Below are positions 41,833 to 51,746 of a stretch of DNA of 64,000 nucleotides, piece by piece (position 1 is the stretch's first letter; the number at the start of each line of letters is the position of its first letter). Origin of the DNA: an uncultured delta proteobacterium (GTDB lineage: Bacteria > Myxococcota_A > Polyangia > Polyangiales > B10-G4); the NCBI GenBank assembly GCA_963727445.1, contig CAVSGI010000011.1, forward strand, positions 64,001 to 128,000. Reading direction: 5' to 3'. Position numbers and translations under genes: made by a program. The notes beneath the pieces are model-generated. The model was given only the letters and a program-made list of their open reading frames with translations, was not told the origin of the DNA and searched no databases.

Positions 41833-43064
41833 GTGCGACTCGTGCGCGAGCTCGTCGTCGGAGCGACGTTTATTCTGATGCTGCCGGGTGTGGGGGCGGC
41901 GCAGGAGGGGAGCGTTCGGGCGGAGGACGGGACGGAAACGGAGACGGAGACGGAGACGGAGGCGGAGACGGAGGCGGAGACGGAGACGGAGACGGAGACG
42001 GGAGCGGGAACGGGAGCGGGAACGGAAGCGGGAACGGGAACGGGAACGGGAGCGGGAGCGGGAACGGGAACGAGGACGGGAACGGGAACGGGAGCGGGAA
42101 CGGGAGCGGGAGCGGGAGCGGGAGCGGGAACGGGAGCGGGCGCAGGGCCGGGGACGTCGTCGGCGGGCGTGCAGGCTTCGGATCCGGAGCGCGCCGCCGA
42201 CGCGGACGCGCCGCCAGCCGCTGGCGCTCCTCCCCCACCGCCCTCCGACGAGGCGCGATTCGACATCGAGACTTTTCGATGGGTGCGGCCGCCCGCCGAG
42301 CAGATCTGGTGGCGAAACACCAGCGTCTATTGGGGGAACGAGCTTTCGCTCAGCACGTTCATGCCCGGCGCAACGTACGCGCGCTCCTACGACCCGTCCT
42401 ACGTGCAGCGCTATTGGCTACAGCCGCGCGTGTACCTCGCCGACACGATCTCCATTCGGGTCGACCAGGGCTTCGGCCTGAGGCTCACAGAGCCCACCCC
42501 AGGGACCTCGCGCGTCTCGCGCTCTCCGGCGGTCTCCGTGGGAACATTCACACGGCGAATGCGTGCTCTGTCCGGAGCGAGATCTACGCCGATCCTCACC
42601 TCGTCGATCACGCCACGGATCCGTACGCGAGGAACGTCGCGGTGCCAACCACCGCGTCCTTGACGAACCCGCTCCTCGACGGATGGCTCGGCCTGCGGGC
42701 GAAGCTCGCGTTCATCCCGCAGCTGAGCCTGAGCATGGGCTACGCCCTCGACTGGAAGCTCGTGCGCACCACCACCACCACGACAGACGTTCCCGTCTAT
42801 GGTGGGACGAGCGGGGGAGGGACGGATACCGTATCGGTCACCGATTCGAGCAGTCGGCAGGGCGGTCCCTACGCGACCTTCGACGTCACCCTGACCTACC
42901 TGATCGCGGACTGGATCAACGTCAGCCTGTCCTATGGCAGCGCTGGCAACTCCGCCGTCGACCCGAGCGGTCACGTCTACAACCCCTTCTACAACCCCTA
43001 CTCGCAGCTCACGCTCAGCGCGGTGCTCTACACCGACCGCATCTATCTGGGCCTCGCGAACTGA
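41833..43064 (+). CDS. Exported protein with low-complexity N-terminus and probable beta-barrel region, frameshift near 42500
   Basis: Signal peptide (GAA-Q), ET/GT/GA repeats, aromatic-rich amphipathic strands split across two frames. Confidence 0.5.
41929..42140 (+). repeat. Hexamer simple-sequence repeat tract (GAGACG/GAGGCG then GGAACG/GGAGCG)
   Basis: About 35 consecutive hexamer units, with no T on the plus strand. Confidence 0.95.
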
Positions 43065-43098
43065 CGACGCTGGGGCCACCCGAACGCGGGTCGCGCGC

Positions 43099-43488
43099 TC
43101 AGACGAAGAGCGCGACCAGCATGACGACCAGCCCGATCATGCTCACTTGCCAGCAGACGGTGCGAAAGTAGGGGATGCCGGAGGCGTAGGCGGGCAGGTA
43201 GACGGCGCGGCCCGCCACCCATGCGTACGATGCCCAGGCGCTCATCTCGCTCGCCTTCCCGGTCGCGTGGAGCAGGAAGACGGTGGCGGCGAAGAGGACG
43301 AGGTTCTCGGTGAAGTTCCGCGCGGCCCGGTGCAGCCTCCCAGCCATGTTCACGCGCGCGATCGTCTCGTCGCGCGGGCCCACCGTGTACGCGTTCCCCG
43401 CCTGCGCCTTGTACGAAAAGCTGTCGGCGGTGACGTGGACCAGGCCGAGGCAGACGCTGGCGAAGAGAGACCAGAGCTCGGGGATCAT
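43099..43488 (-). CDS. MAPEG family membrane protein
   Basis: GPRD, RLHRAARNFTENLVLFA, GRAVYLPAY..GIPYFRT. Confidence 0.88.
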   Translation of the reverse strand: MIPELWSLFASVCLGLVHVTADSFSYKAQAGNAYTVGPRDETIARVNMAGRLHRAARNFTENLVLFAATVFLLHATGKASEMSAWASYAWVAGRAVYLPAYASGIPYFRTVCWQVSMIGLVVMLVALFV

Positions 43489-43547
43489 GTGAGGAAGATA
43501 CGCTCCCTCACACGTCGCGGCGCCGCCATCCCCAGCGAAGACCGGTT

Positions 43548-43633
43548 CGTCTCGACGGACGGAACGCGGCAGGCGACGGCTGGCGTCAGCCGAGCAGTCC
43601 GTCTCGACGGACGGAACGCGGCAGGCGACGGCT
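43548..43633. repeat. Two identical 34 bp direct repeats separated by 18 bp
   Basis: CGTCTCGACGGACGGAACGCGGCAGGCGACGGCT at 43548-43581 and 43600-43633. Confidence 0.9.
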
Positions 43634-43639
43634 CCGAGC

Positions 43640-44089
43640 TCACGTCGCGCGCGCCCGAATCGCCTGGATCACGATCGCCACGGTCGCGACGCCGATGGCG
43701 ACGACGACCGGCGTGAGCGACGAGCCCAGCATGAAGCCCAGCGTGGCGAAGATGGCGGGGATCTGCGGGATGGAAGCGGCGAGCATGAAGGCGCCCAGCT
43801 CGGCCCGGTGGATGCGCGCGGGGGTGCGCGCCGGCTCGGGGACCTTCGCGATCGCGCGCGCGACGAGGCGGGCATGAAGCACGATTCCGAGGACGGCGAA
43901 GAGCGCGGTGAGGACGACCAGGCCCCAGACGACGGGCGTGAGAGCCGGTTCCAAGATCGTCCGCAGCTCGTCGAACTCGGGCGGGAAGAGGAGCTTGCGC
44001 AGGCCGGTCTCGAGGGCGAGCGCCGCGGGCGCCGCGATCACCGTCATCAGGATCAGCGCCGTCCCGCCGCGCTCTTCGCCCGCGTTCAT
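43640..44089 (-). CDS. Hypothetical multi-TM membrane protein
   Basis: About four hydrophobic segments; ATG 44089 preceded by TACCCT. Confidence 0.6.
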   Translation of the reverse strand: MNAGEERGGTALILMTVIAAPAALALETGLRKLLFPPEFDELRTILEPALTPVVWGLVVLTALFAVLGIVLHARLVARAIAKVPEPARTPARIHRAELGAFMLAASIPQIPAIFATLGFMLGSSLTPVVVAIGVATVAIVIQAIRARAT

Positions 44090-44150
44090 CGAGAGGAGGG
44101 TAACCAATCCGGGCTGGTCATGAAGCGGCGGGTGCTCTACACGTTCGGTC

Positions 44151-44900
44151 ATGCGAATCGTCCCGGTCCCCTGCTTGAACGACAACTACGCGTATCTGGT
44201 CATCGACGAGGGCACGCAGCACGCGGCCGTGGTCGACCCCTCCGAGTCCGCACCGGTGCTCGCCGCGGCCGAGCGTGAGGGCGTGACGATCCGCGAGCTC
44301 TGGCTCACGCATCACCACTTCGATCACGTCGGCGGCAACGAGGGGATCCTCGAGGCCCTCGGCGAGTTGGTGGTTCGCGGCAGCGTCCACGACCGGGACG
44401 AAAAGCGAATCCCCGGTCAGACCGTCGCGCACGCGGACGGCGACGCCTTCACCTTCGAAGGGCACGAGGTGCGCGTCATCGAAAACCCGGGACACACCCT
44501 GGGCGCGATCTCCTTCCTCACCGAAGGTCAGCTCTTCAGCGGCGACACGCTCTTCCTCGCCGGCTGCGGGCGCGTCTTCGAGGGCACGATGGCGATGATG
44601 AAGGACTCCCTCGCCAAGCTCCGCGCGCTCCCCGACGACACCGCCATCTGGTGCGGCCACGAGTACACCGTGAACAACCTCCGCTACGCCGCCACCGTCG
44701 AGCCCGAGAGCGCCGCCATCAGCCAGAGCCTTGTCGACGCCCACAAGCGCCGCGAAGCCGGCGAGCCCACCATCCCCGGCACCATCGCCGCCGAGAAGAA
44801 GACCAACCCCTTCTTCCGCTTCGACGTCCCCGAGGTCGCGAGCGGTCGCGACGACGTCGCCAGCTTCACCGCGCTACGCGAAGCGAAGGACCGGTTCTGA
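44151..44900 (+). CDS. gloB: Hydroxyacylglutathione hydrolase (glyoxalase II)
   Basis: DNYAYL, THHHFDHVGG, PGHTLG, FSGDTLF.AGCGR, CGHEYT..N, EKKTNPF. Confidence 0.95.
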   Translation: MRIVPVPCLNDNYAYLVIDEGTQHAAVVDPSESAPVLAAAEREGVTIRELWLTHHHFDHVGGNEGILEALGELVVRGSVHDRDEKRIPGQTVAHADGDAFTFEGHEVRVIENPGHTLGAISFLTEGQLFSGDTLFLAGCGRVFEGTMAMMKDSLAKLRALPDDTAIWCGHEYTVNNLRYAATVEPESAAISQSLVDAHKRREAGEPTIPGTIAAEKKTNPFFRFDVPEVASGRDDVASFTALREAKDRF

Positions 44901-45840
44901 GCTCGCGCTCGGTGGAGGCGAAGGGCTCGAAGGGCGCTCGGTGCGCTTCGCGCCAGCGCCGGTAGGCGATGATGGCGGCGTCGCTCGGGACGAGCACCTC
45001 GCCCTTACCGGAGAGGCGTGTCTCACCGATGTCGAGCGTCTCCACGACGCGAGAGTCTTCGCGCAGGATGTAGCGGCTCGACCCGCGCTGCAGAAAGCCG
45101 AAGAGCCACGCGACGCCCGGGATCGTGACGATGCGTTGGTAGTTCCGGATGTAGTACAGCATCCGGTCTTCGTCGATCGGCACGAAGGCCGCCATCTGCC
45201 ACTGACGGCCGAGGTCCAATCGCCAGAGGTTGGGCCCGAGGAGCTCGAGCGAGGTGTCGTAGCCCGACGCGGTCGCACGAAGGTGATCTCCCTGCATCGT
45301 CACCGACACATCGACCTCCGACTTCTCGACGAATCGCCCGATGGTGCGGCGATGCACGAAGGGCAGGTGCGCGAAGTCGAGCTGGTTCTCGATGGCGACG
45401 GTGTAGTGGACCGCGACCTCTTCCGTGAATTCGCTCCCGTCGTACACGTACCCGTCGAAGTCGAAGAACGGGGGCGGCTCCCTTCGCGGAGAGTCAGGAC
45501 CCGTGAAGAGCCAGACGAAGCCGTGCGCCTCCGTCGCCGGGATGGCGTCGAGAGACATCGCGCGCGGGATCTTCCGTCCTGGATGCGCGGGGATGGAGGT
45601 GCACTCGCCGTCACCGTCGAAGGTGAAGCCGTGGAACGGACACTGGATCTGGCCGCTCTTCACACTTCCGCCCGACAGCTTCGCCCGGCGGTGGGGGCAT
45701 CGGTCCACTGCCGCCGCGACGCCGCCCTCGCCATGGCGCCAGAACACGAGGTCGAGCCCGAAGCGCCGGCGCGCCACGGGCCGCTGGCCCAACTCGCGTG
45801 AGGACAGGACGGCATACCAACGGTTGGCGATCAGGTGCAT
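44866..45840 (-). CDS. Rieske non-heme iron oxygenase alpha subunit (VanA-like)
   Basis: DRCPHR...CPFHG Rieske motif; ENQLDFAHLPFVH iron motif. Confidence 0.9.
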   Translation of the reverse strand: MHLIANRWYAVLSSRELGQRPVARRRFGLDLVFWRHGEGGVAAAVDRCPHRRAKLSGGSVKSGQIQCPFHGFTFDGDGECTSIPAHPGRKIPRAMSLDAIPATEAHGFVWLFTGPDSPRREPPPFFDFDGYVYDGSEFTEEVAVHYTVAIENQLDFAHLPFVHRRTIGRFVEKSEVDVSVTMQGDHLRATASGYDTSLELLGPNLWRLDLGRQWQMAAFVPIDEDRMLYYIRNYQRIVTIPGVAWLFGFLQRGSSRYILREDSRVVETLDIGETRLSGKGEVLVPSDAAIIAYRRWREAHRAPFEPFASTERELRTGPSLRVAR

Positions 45841-46014
45841 CGGAGTCAGTTGTCGAAATCTTGTCTAACCCCCTTCTCCTGGGGTGTGAGGGCTGGGGCG
45901 TCAATCCTGCGAGACGCACAACCCGAGGGGCCTGAGGCCGATTCGAATATCTCGATATGAGATAGCGGTATTACTTGTCTGGTCGAAGTGTCGGCTTGGC
46001 CAGAGAGTGAGGGC

Positions 46015-46551
46015 ATGCGCACGATCATTTGGGCAGTGACGATCGCGAGCGTCCTCGGAGTACCGGTGGCCGCACTCGCAAACGATGGGGCGACTGGCAT
46101 GAGGACGGACCGTTTCGTCCTGACCACGCGCGCCGAATACGGGCAGATCAACAGCCACCGGACCGACCAGAGCGCAGGAGGTGGCTCGCTGGGCTTGCAC
46201 ATCCCGCTCGGCGATCTGCCGCTCGGCATCCACGTCGCCAGCTCGCTCCTCACCGGCGGTGGTCATCTCGCGTCGACGAGCGACGTCGGGCTGCGGTATT
46301 ACCTGGCGGCCAGCGGCGACGACCCGGCCAAGGCGCTGCAGCCCTACGTACGGGTGATGGCGGCGTTGTCGATCGTCAGCTGGGACGTCCAGGACACCAG
46401 CGCGACGGTGGGCGCGGGCTTCGGCCTGGGTCTTCAGGCGTGGACCTGGGAGTCGGTGGGATTCGACCTCGAGCTCTCCTACAGAGTGATGGGCGGCGCC
46501 GAGCTCCGGCAGACGCTGCTCTGCTCGCTGGGCTTCGCCTTCGGCCTCTGA
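46015..46551 (+). CDS. Small outer membrane beta-barrel protein
   Basis: Signal peptide (ALA-N), about eight amphipathic strands, QPYV, GAGFGLG, terminal LGFAFGL. Confidence 0.65.
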   Translation: MRTIIWAVTIASVLGVPVAALANDGATGMRTDRFVLTTRAEYGQINSHRTDQSAGGGSLGLHIPLGDLPLGIHVASSLLTGGGHLASTSDVGLRYYLAASGDDPAKALQPYVRVMAALSIVSWDVQDTSATVGAGFGLGLQAWTWESVGFDLELSYRVMGGAELRQTLLCSLGFAFGL

Positions 46552-46560
46552 GCAGCGCGT

Positions 46561-47544
46561 TCACCCATGGCTCCGGCGACGCAGCCACAGGAGCGCTACG
46601 GCGGCGAAGAGTCCACTGAGACCCGGCAAGGGTGCTGAGGTCGCACTGCAGGAGATGCCCGGCTCGTCGATGTAGTCGATGGGGCATCCTTCGTGGTCGC
46701 CCCCAGTGCAGTCGCGGATGTCGTAGCCGCTGGGATAGGGGATGCATCCGTTCGTGGGGGCGTCCCAGGTGAGCCCGTCTGGGCAGGTACAGAACAGGTC
46801 GACCTCGACAGCCTCCGTCTCCACGACGATGCGGCTGTGCGGAATGCGCGCACGGACGGCGACCAGGTGCAGGCCGGGCTCGATCCCATCGGCGACGACG
46901 AAATCGGGCTGCTCCGGGCAGCTCGCGTAGAGGTGACTGCGCAGAACGTACTGGTCTCGATCGAGGGTCCACTGGGGTGTGACCGCCGGGTGCCAGGGCT
47001 CGCCGTCGACGATCGTCTCGAACACCATCACGCTGGACCACGCGTAGGAATCGGGCGAAGGCCAGACGGTCATGTCGAGCGTCGACACGTTCTCTTCGCG
47101 GCAGTAGCCGGCCTCATCGGTGTTGGCGAGCGCGAGGATGGACGCGCCCCCCGCGTCCAGAGTGCCGAGCTCGATGGGCGGCGCGTTCGCTTCGACCGCG
47201 ACGAAGGGCTGCTCCATCGAGTCCTCGACGCCATCGCATACGTCGACGGTCCGAAGCACGTAATGAGCGCCGAGGACCAGCGGTATCTCGGGGATCAGCG
47301 TGTCGCCCGCGCGCTTGAGCGGAATCACGGCTTCGAGATCGGGATCGACGCGCTTCAGCGAGTACTCGGGGGCGTCGAATCCGGAGGCGGTGTCGACGTG
47401 AAAGCCGGGGGTGTTGACCGGCACCTGTTCACCGACGATGACGCTCGGCAGGACGCACGAATCGAAGCACGCGGCCGCTGGCGAGGCACCCACGGTCGCT
47501 GTGAAGAGCGCGGCGAAGAACACGGCGATATCGAGGTGCTTCAT
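46561..47544 (-). CDS. Secreted Cys-containing protein with MYXO-CTERM-type tail
   Basis: Signal peptide AAA-C, VPVN motif, tail SCSAT...LFAAVALLWLRRR. Confidence 0.7.
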   Translation of the reverse strand: MKHLDIAVFFAALFTATVGASPAAACFDSCVLPSVIVGEQVPVNTPGFHVDTASGFDAPEYSLKRVDPDLEAVIPLKRAGDTLIPEIPLVLGAHYVLRTVDVCDGVEDSMEQPFVAVEANAPPIELGTLDAGGASILALANTDEAGYCREENVSTLDMTVWPSPDSYAWSSVMVFETIVDGEPWHPAVTPQWTLDRDQYVLRSHLYASCPEQPDFVVADGIEPGLHLVAVRARIPHSRIVVETEAVEVDLFCTCPDGLTWDAPTNGCIPYPSGYDIRDCTGGDHEGCPIDYIDEPGISCSATSAPLPGLSGLFAAVALLWLRRRSHG

Positions 47545-47557
47545 GCACCTCTTCCAA

Positions 47558-47573
47558 AGCAGTACGCGTGCCA
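47558..47573 (-). promoter_or_regulatory. sigma54 (-24/-12) promoter
   Basis: Minus strand TGGCACGCGTACTGCT, GG-N10-GC, 15 nt before ATG 47544. Confidence 0.6.
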
Positions 47574-47697
47574 CGCACGTGCTCCGGCAAATCGTGGTGT
47601 ACGACATGTAGGCGCTGTGCCATGGGCGCTCGTTCGGCACAGAATGTGCCGCGCGTGTTCTAGCGCAACGCCCCGAGCGAGCAGCGTGTGCGCGTCG

Positions 47698-49812
47698 TCA
47701 GAGCGAGCCGCTCGACCACGGCGCCGGCGGGGTCGTGGACATCGAAGGGGTTTGCGTCGGCGTCGGAGTCGGCGTGGGCGTAGGGGGCGGGCGCATCGTC
47801 ATCATGTCGAGGCGGCGCTCTTCGGGGAGGCGCCAGTCGATGCCGTCGTCCGAGATGGCCTGGTTGGCCATGGTGCTCGGCGTGACCGATTGCACGACGG
47901 TCGTCGCGCCTTCGTCGTGGGTGTGTCGCCCCGCCTGGGCCTGCCCGCGCGGCGTCACCTCGAGCTCGCGGTCGACGATGGTGTCGCCCGCGTGGAACTC
48001 GACCCGGTGTGTGCCGGTGCGCCGAAAGGTGTAGCTCGCCACCCAGTGGAGTCGGTCTTCGTCCGCGCGGGCGGTGACGCGGTCGCTGCCGGTGGCGTTG
48101 ATGCGCGTGATCACGAACGCCGGGGTCGCGTCGGCGGCTGGCTCTTCGATCAGCGTCACGAAGAACGTCGTCGGCTCGCGGAGCGCCGGCTCCGTCGGCA
48201 CCGCTCGGAGCTCGGGCTGGGGCTCGGCTTCGATCTGCGCCTCCTCCAGCTCGTAGAGCTCGGCGAGCGCTCGCTGCGAATCGGCGTCCTCCGGATAGAA
48301 GAGCATGGCGCGGCGGTAGCGGTTCATCGCCTCGCCGTAGAAGCCCTGCGCGCGCTCGACCTCGCCCTCCTCGCGCAGGCGTCGCGCGACGTCGCGGCGG
48401 AGCTGGATCGCCCCTTCGTGCCCCGGCTCGATCTCGAGCATGCGGTCGGTGAGGGCGAGGACGTTGTCCCCGACCGGCTTCTCGAAATGGCCGTGCGAGT
48501 ATGCCGCTTGCGCGCGATCGGCGAGATCGTCGAGGCGGCTGTCGCCCATCATCATGCCGATCAGCGGCTGCCAGGCGAACGCGCCCAGCACCACCACCAC
48601 TGCGCCCACCAGCGCAGCGAGCACCACAGTCTTGAGCTGGCCGAGCCGCGACCGCCGCAGGCCCGGCACCGAGGACATGCTGTCGCCGAAGGGGCTGGGC
48701 GCACGGGCCAGGCTCTCGCCGGCCATGGGCCCGGTGATGGGTGTGGCCACGTGGATCGCGGCCGGGTGCGCCGGCGGCGGCTCGGACTGCACGTAGGACG
48801 GTCGCGACGGCAGCGCGCTGATCCGCGGTGGCGCCACCACCACGTGGTCCATGCTGGCCGCGCTCCGGAGCGCGGCGGCCAGATCGTTGGCGTCGTCGTA
48901 GCGGCCGTCCGCGTTCTTGCTCAGGCAGCGCATCACCACGTCACAGACGTTGGGCGGCAGCGCGGTGCCTCCTGGTTGCCCGCGAACGTCGGGGGCCTGC
49001 TCGTTGATGTGCTTCATCAAGAGGGCGACCGGCGAGGTGGCCTCGAAGGGCGTGTGACCGGTCAGCAGCTGATAGAGGAGGACGCCGATGGAGTAGACGT
49101 CGCTGCGCGCGTCCGTCGGGTCGCCGTTCGCACCTTCGGGAGAGATGTAGCGCGCGGTTCCGAAGATCAGACCGCTCTGCGTCGCGACCGTCTGTTCGTT
49201 CTCGATGAAGCGGGCGATGCCGAAGTCGAGCACCTTGACGAAGTCCGGGTCCTGACCGCGCTGAACCAGGATCACGTTCTCCGGCTTCACGTCGCGGTGG
49301 ATCACGCCCTGGCTGTGGGCCTCGCCGACCCCGTCACAGATCTGGGTGACGATGTGCAGGGCTCGCGACGGCGGCAGCGGCGCCTCCTGCTCGACCACGT
49401 CGAGGAGGGAGCGGCCGCGCAGGTACTGCATGACCAAGTAGAGGCTTCCGTCCTCCGGCAGCTGACCGAAGAGGAACACGCGGACCACGTTCGGGTGGTC
49501 GATGGCCGCCGAGACCCTGGCCTCGCGCTGAAAGCGCCGCACCGCGTCGGGGTTGGTGGTGAGCTCCGGATGCAGGATCTTGATCGCCACATCCCGACCG
49601 ATCGTGGTCTGCCGGGCCCGGTAGACGGCCCCCATGCCCCCCTGTCCCACCAGCTTCTCGATCCGGAACTGGTCGAGGAGGACCTTGCCCACGTAGGGGT
49701 CCTGAGGCAGGTCCGGATTGATCAGCGCCCCGCCGTCCTTCTGGCAGAAGAGGGCCATCCGGTCGTACCGGGTGCCGCACTTGGGACAGACCTTGAAGGG
49801 ACTCGAAGACAT
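47698..49812 (-). CDS. Membrane Ser/Thr kinase with N-terminal zinc ribbon and extracytoplasmic TPR-like region
   Basis: CPKCG...FCQKDG, GQGGMGAVY, HRDVKPEN, DFG, GTARYISPE; TM; helical repeat region. Confidence 0.93.
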   Translation of the reverse strand: MSSSPFKVCPKCGTRYDRMALFCQKDGGALINPDLPQDPYVGKVLLDQFRIEKLVGQGGMGAVYRARQTTIGRDVAIKILHPELTTNPDAVRRFQREARVSAAIDHPNVVRVFLFGQLPEDGSLYLVMQYLRGRSLLDVVEQEAPLPPSRALHIVTQICDGVGEAHSQGVIHRDVKPENVILVQRGQDPDFVKVLDFGIARFIENEQTVATQSGLIFGTARYISPEGANGDPTDARSDVYSIGVLLYQLLTGHTPFEATSPVALLMKHINEQAPDVRGQPGGTALPPNVCDVVMRCLSKNADGRYDDANDLAAALRSAASMDHVVVAPPRISALPSRPSYVQSEPPPAHPAAIHVATPITGPMAGESLARAPSPFGDSMSSVPGLRRSRLGQLKTVVLAALVGAVVVVLGAFAWQPLIGMMMGDSRLDDLADRAQAAYSHGHFEKPVGDNVLALTDRMLEIEPGHEGAIQLRRDVARRLREEGEVERAQGFYGEAMNRYRRAMLFYPEDADSQRALAELYELEEAQIEAEPQPELRAVPTEPALREPTTFFVTLIEEPAADATPAFVITRINATGSDRVTARADEDRLHWVASYTFRRTGTHRVEFHAGDTIVDRELEVTPRGQAQAGRHTHDEGATTVVQSVTPSTMANQAISDDGIDWRLPEERRLDMMTMRPPPTPTPTPTPTQTPSMSTTPPAPWSSGSL

Positions 49813-49971
49813 GGGCGAGGGGGGGGTCCCCTCGCGATCATGGTCCTGACGGAGGGGTTACGCCAACTCTAGACGTATGGAATCGCGCAAAGATTCGCGA
49901 TCGGGCCATTTGGTCACAGTCTTGCCGGCAAGAGGCCCGAAACGATAGAGTCCTCCTCGGAGATTTGCGTA

Positions 49972-51162
49972 ATGCGTGAGCACCTCGTCCGTATCCTCCT
50001 CGCCGCGGTCGCTTTTGGCGCCCTATCGGCCCCCGTGGTGGTGGAGGCACAGAGCGTCATCGTCCTGGGGCTCCGTTCGGCCGAGGGCGACGACGAGTTC
50101 GCCAACAATCTCTCGGGCGCACTCCGCAACGCGGCTTCACGAGTGACCGGGTGGGAGCTCAACACCCGCGAGGTCTCCCTCGCGCAGATGACCCTGGCCC
50201 ATGGTTGCGATGCCGCCGACGTCGGCTGCATGTCCGACATCGGAAACACCCTCGGCGTTCGCTTGGTCATTTACGGCAACGTCCGCCGCACCAGCACCCA
50301 GTCCGACTTCGACTATTCCCTGAGCCTCTACATGTTCGACACCGAGTCGGGGTCGATCACGGAGCAGCTCACGGACACCATCCCTCGGGTCCAGGCGGAC
50401 ATCGACGATCTGCGCGAAAAGGCGCGCGGGTACATCACCCAGTTCTCCGGCGCCGAGCGCACGGGAACCATTCGAATCCAAGCCAACCTCGCCTCGGCCG
50501 AGGTCTTCGTGGATGGGGAGAGCCTGGGGATGACCACCGGCGGGGCGTTCGAGTCCACGGTCCCGGTGGGATCCCACCAGATCGAAGTCCGGGCCGAGGG
50601 CCACAACACCTACCGCGGCTCGGTGACGGTGGCCGCCGACGAGACCTCGGACGTCGACGTCGAGCTCACCGAGGGCGACGAGGACGAGATCATCGTCGGC
50701 CCTGAAACCGGCGGCACCGGCGGACCCGTCGCCTCGTCGGGAGGCGGCGCGAACTGGCCGGCGATCATCTCCTTCGCCCTGGCGGGCGTGGGTGCGGGCC
50801 TCACCATCACCTCCTGGGTCATCATCGACGGCGTCAACGGCAGCGACGAGCTGCGCAGCGCGCGCGAGCAGGTGGGCAGAATGGTGTCTGATCCCATGAA
50901 CACCGACGCGTGCCAGTACATGCGCGACAACCCGATGAGCACGAGCACGTGGACCGATGGCCTCGCCAAGTGCGACGAGGGCGCTCTGTGGACCGCGCTC
51001 CAGTACGTCTTCCTCGGTGTGACCGGTGTCGCCCTCGCGGCGGGCATCGTCTTCTTGGTGCTCGGCGGCAACGACGACGACGACGCGCCGGTTAGCACCA
51101 TCTCCCTTCTGCCCTCTTTCGGCCCGAACCGTGGCTCCGTCACGGCGCGCATGACCTTCTGA
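49972..51162 (+). CDS. Secreted PEGA domain protein
   Basis: Signal peptide; AEVFVDGESLG, GSHQIEVRAEGH; two hydrophobic helices; terminal ...SVTARMTF. Confidence 0.8.
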   Translation: MREHLVRILLAAVAFGALSAPVVVEAQSVIVLGLRSAEGDDEFANNLSGALRNAASRVTGWELNTREVSLAQMTLAHGCDAADVGCMSDIGNTLGVRLVIYGNVRRTSTQSDFDYSLSLYMFDTESGSITEQLTDTIPRVQADIDDLREKARGYITQFSGAERTGTIRIQANLASAEVFVDGESLGMTTGGAFESTVPVGSHQIEVRAEGHNTYRGSVTVAADETSDVDVELTEGDEDEIIVGPETGGTGGPVASSGGGANWPAIISFALAGVGAGLTITSWVIIDGVNGSDELRSAREQVGRMVSDPMNTDACQYMRDNPMSTSTWTDGLAKCDEGALWTALQYVFLGVTGVALAAGIVFLVLGGNDDDDAPVSTISLLPSFGPNRGSVTARMTF

Positions 51163-51746
51163 GCGACCTCCGAATCATCGGCGGGCGGCTCTCGGGCCGC
51201 CGCTTTCGCGGGCCGGGCAAGCGCACGCGTCCCACCGCGGATCGCGTGCGCGAGGCGATGTTCTCGGCGCTGTCGGCCCGTGGCGCCGTGGAAGGGGCGC
51301 GGGTGCTCGACCTCTTCGCCGGAACCGGGGCGCTGGCCTTCGAGGCGCTGAGCCGTGGCGCGGAGCGCGCCGTCGCGGTGGACGACGATCGGCGGGCGCG
51401 CGCGGCGATCCAGAAGGACGCCGAGGCGCTCGGCCTTTCGGACCTCCTGGTGGTGGTGGGGATGGATCTGTTGGGCGCGCCCGAAAGAGCCGCCGAACGC
51501 CTCGCCCGCCAGGGGCCCTTCGACCTGATCCTCGCCGACCCCCCGTACGTGGACGCGGGACGGGCGATCGCGCTCCTCGCTCTGCTCGCCGAGGCGGGCG
51601 CCGCCGATCCGGACGCCGTGGTGGTCCTCGAGCACGCGACCCGGGACGCGCTGGAGCTCGGTCCGAGGCTCGCCAGCGTGGCGTCCTATCGGTATGGTGA
51701 CACCTCTGTCGAGTTGATGAATTTCATGGAGCCCCAGGTGCGATGA
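51159..51746 (+). CDS. rsmD: 16S rRNA m2G966 methyltransferase RsmD
   Basis: [48 protein letters not shown]; adjacent to coaD. Confidence 0.92.
   Translation: MSDLRIIGGRLSGRRFRGPGKRTRPTADRVREAMFSALSARGAVEGARVLDLFAGTGALAFEALSRGAERAVAVDDDRRARAAIQKDAEALGLSDLLVVVGMDLLGAPERAAERLARQGPFDLILADPPYVDAGRAIALLALLAEAGAADPDAVVVLEHATRDALELGPRLASVASYRYGDTSVELMNFMEPQVR

Noticed and set aside
43548..43633. CRISPR array
   Set aside because: Only two repeats, an 18 nt spacer and no cas genes.
46693..49872. 1059 aa plus-strand ORF (similarly 59703-62237 minus, 25199-27685 plus, 19299-21815 plus)
   Set aside because: Shadow or alternate-frame ORFs over well-supported genes, expected in high-GC DNA, with no motifs.
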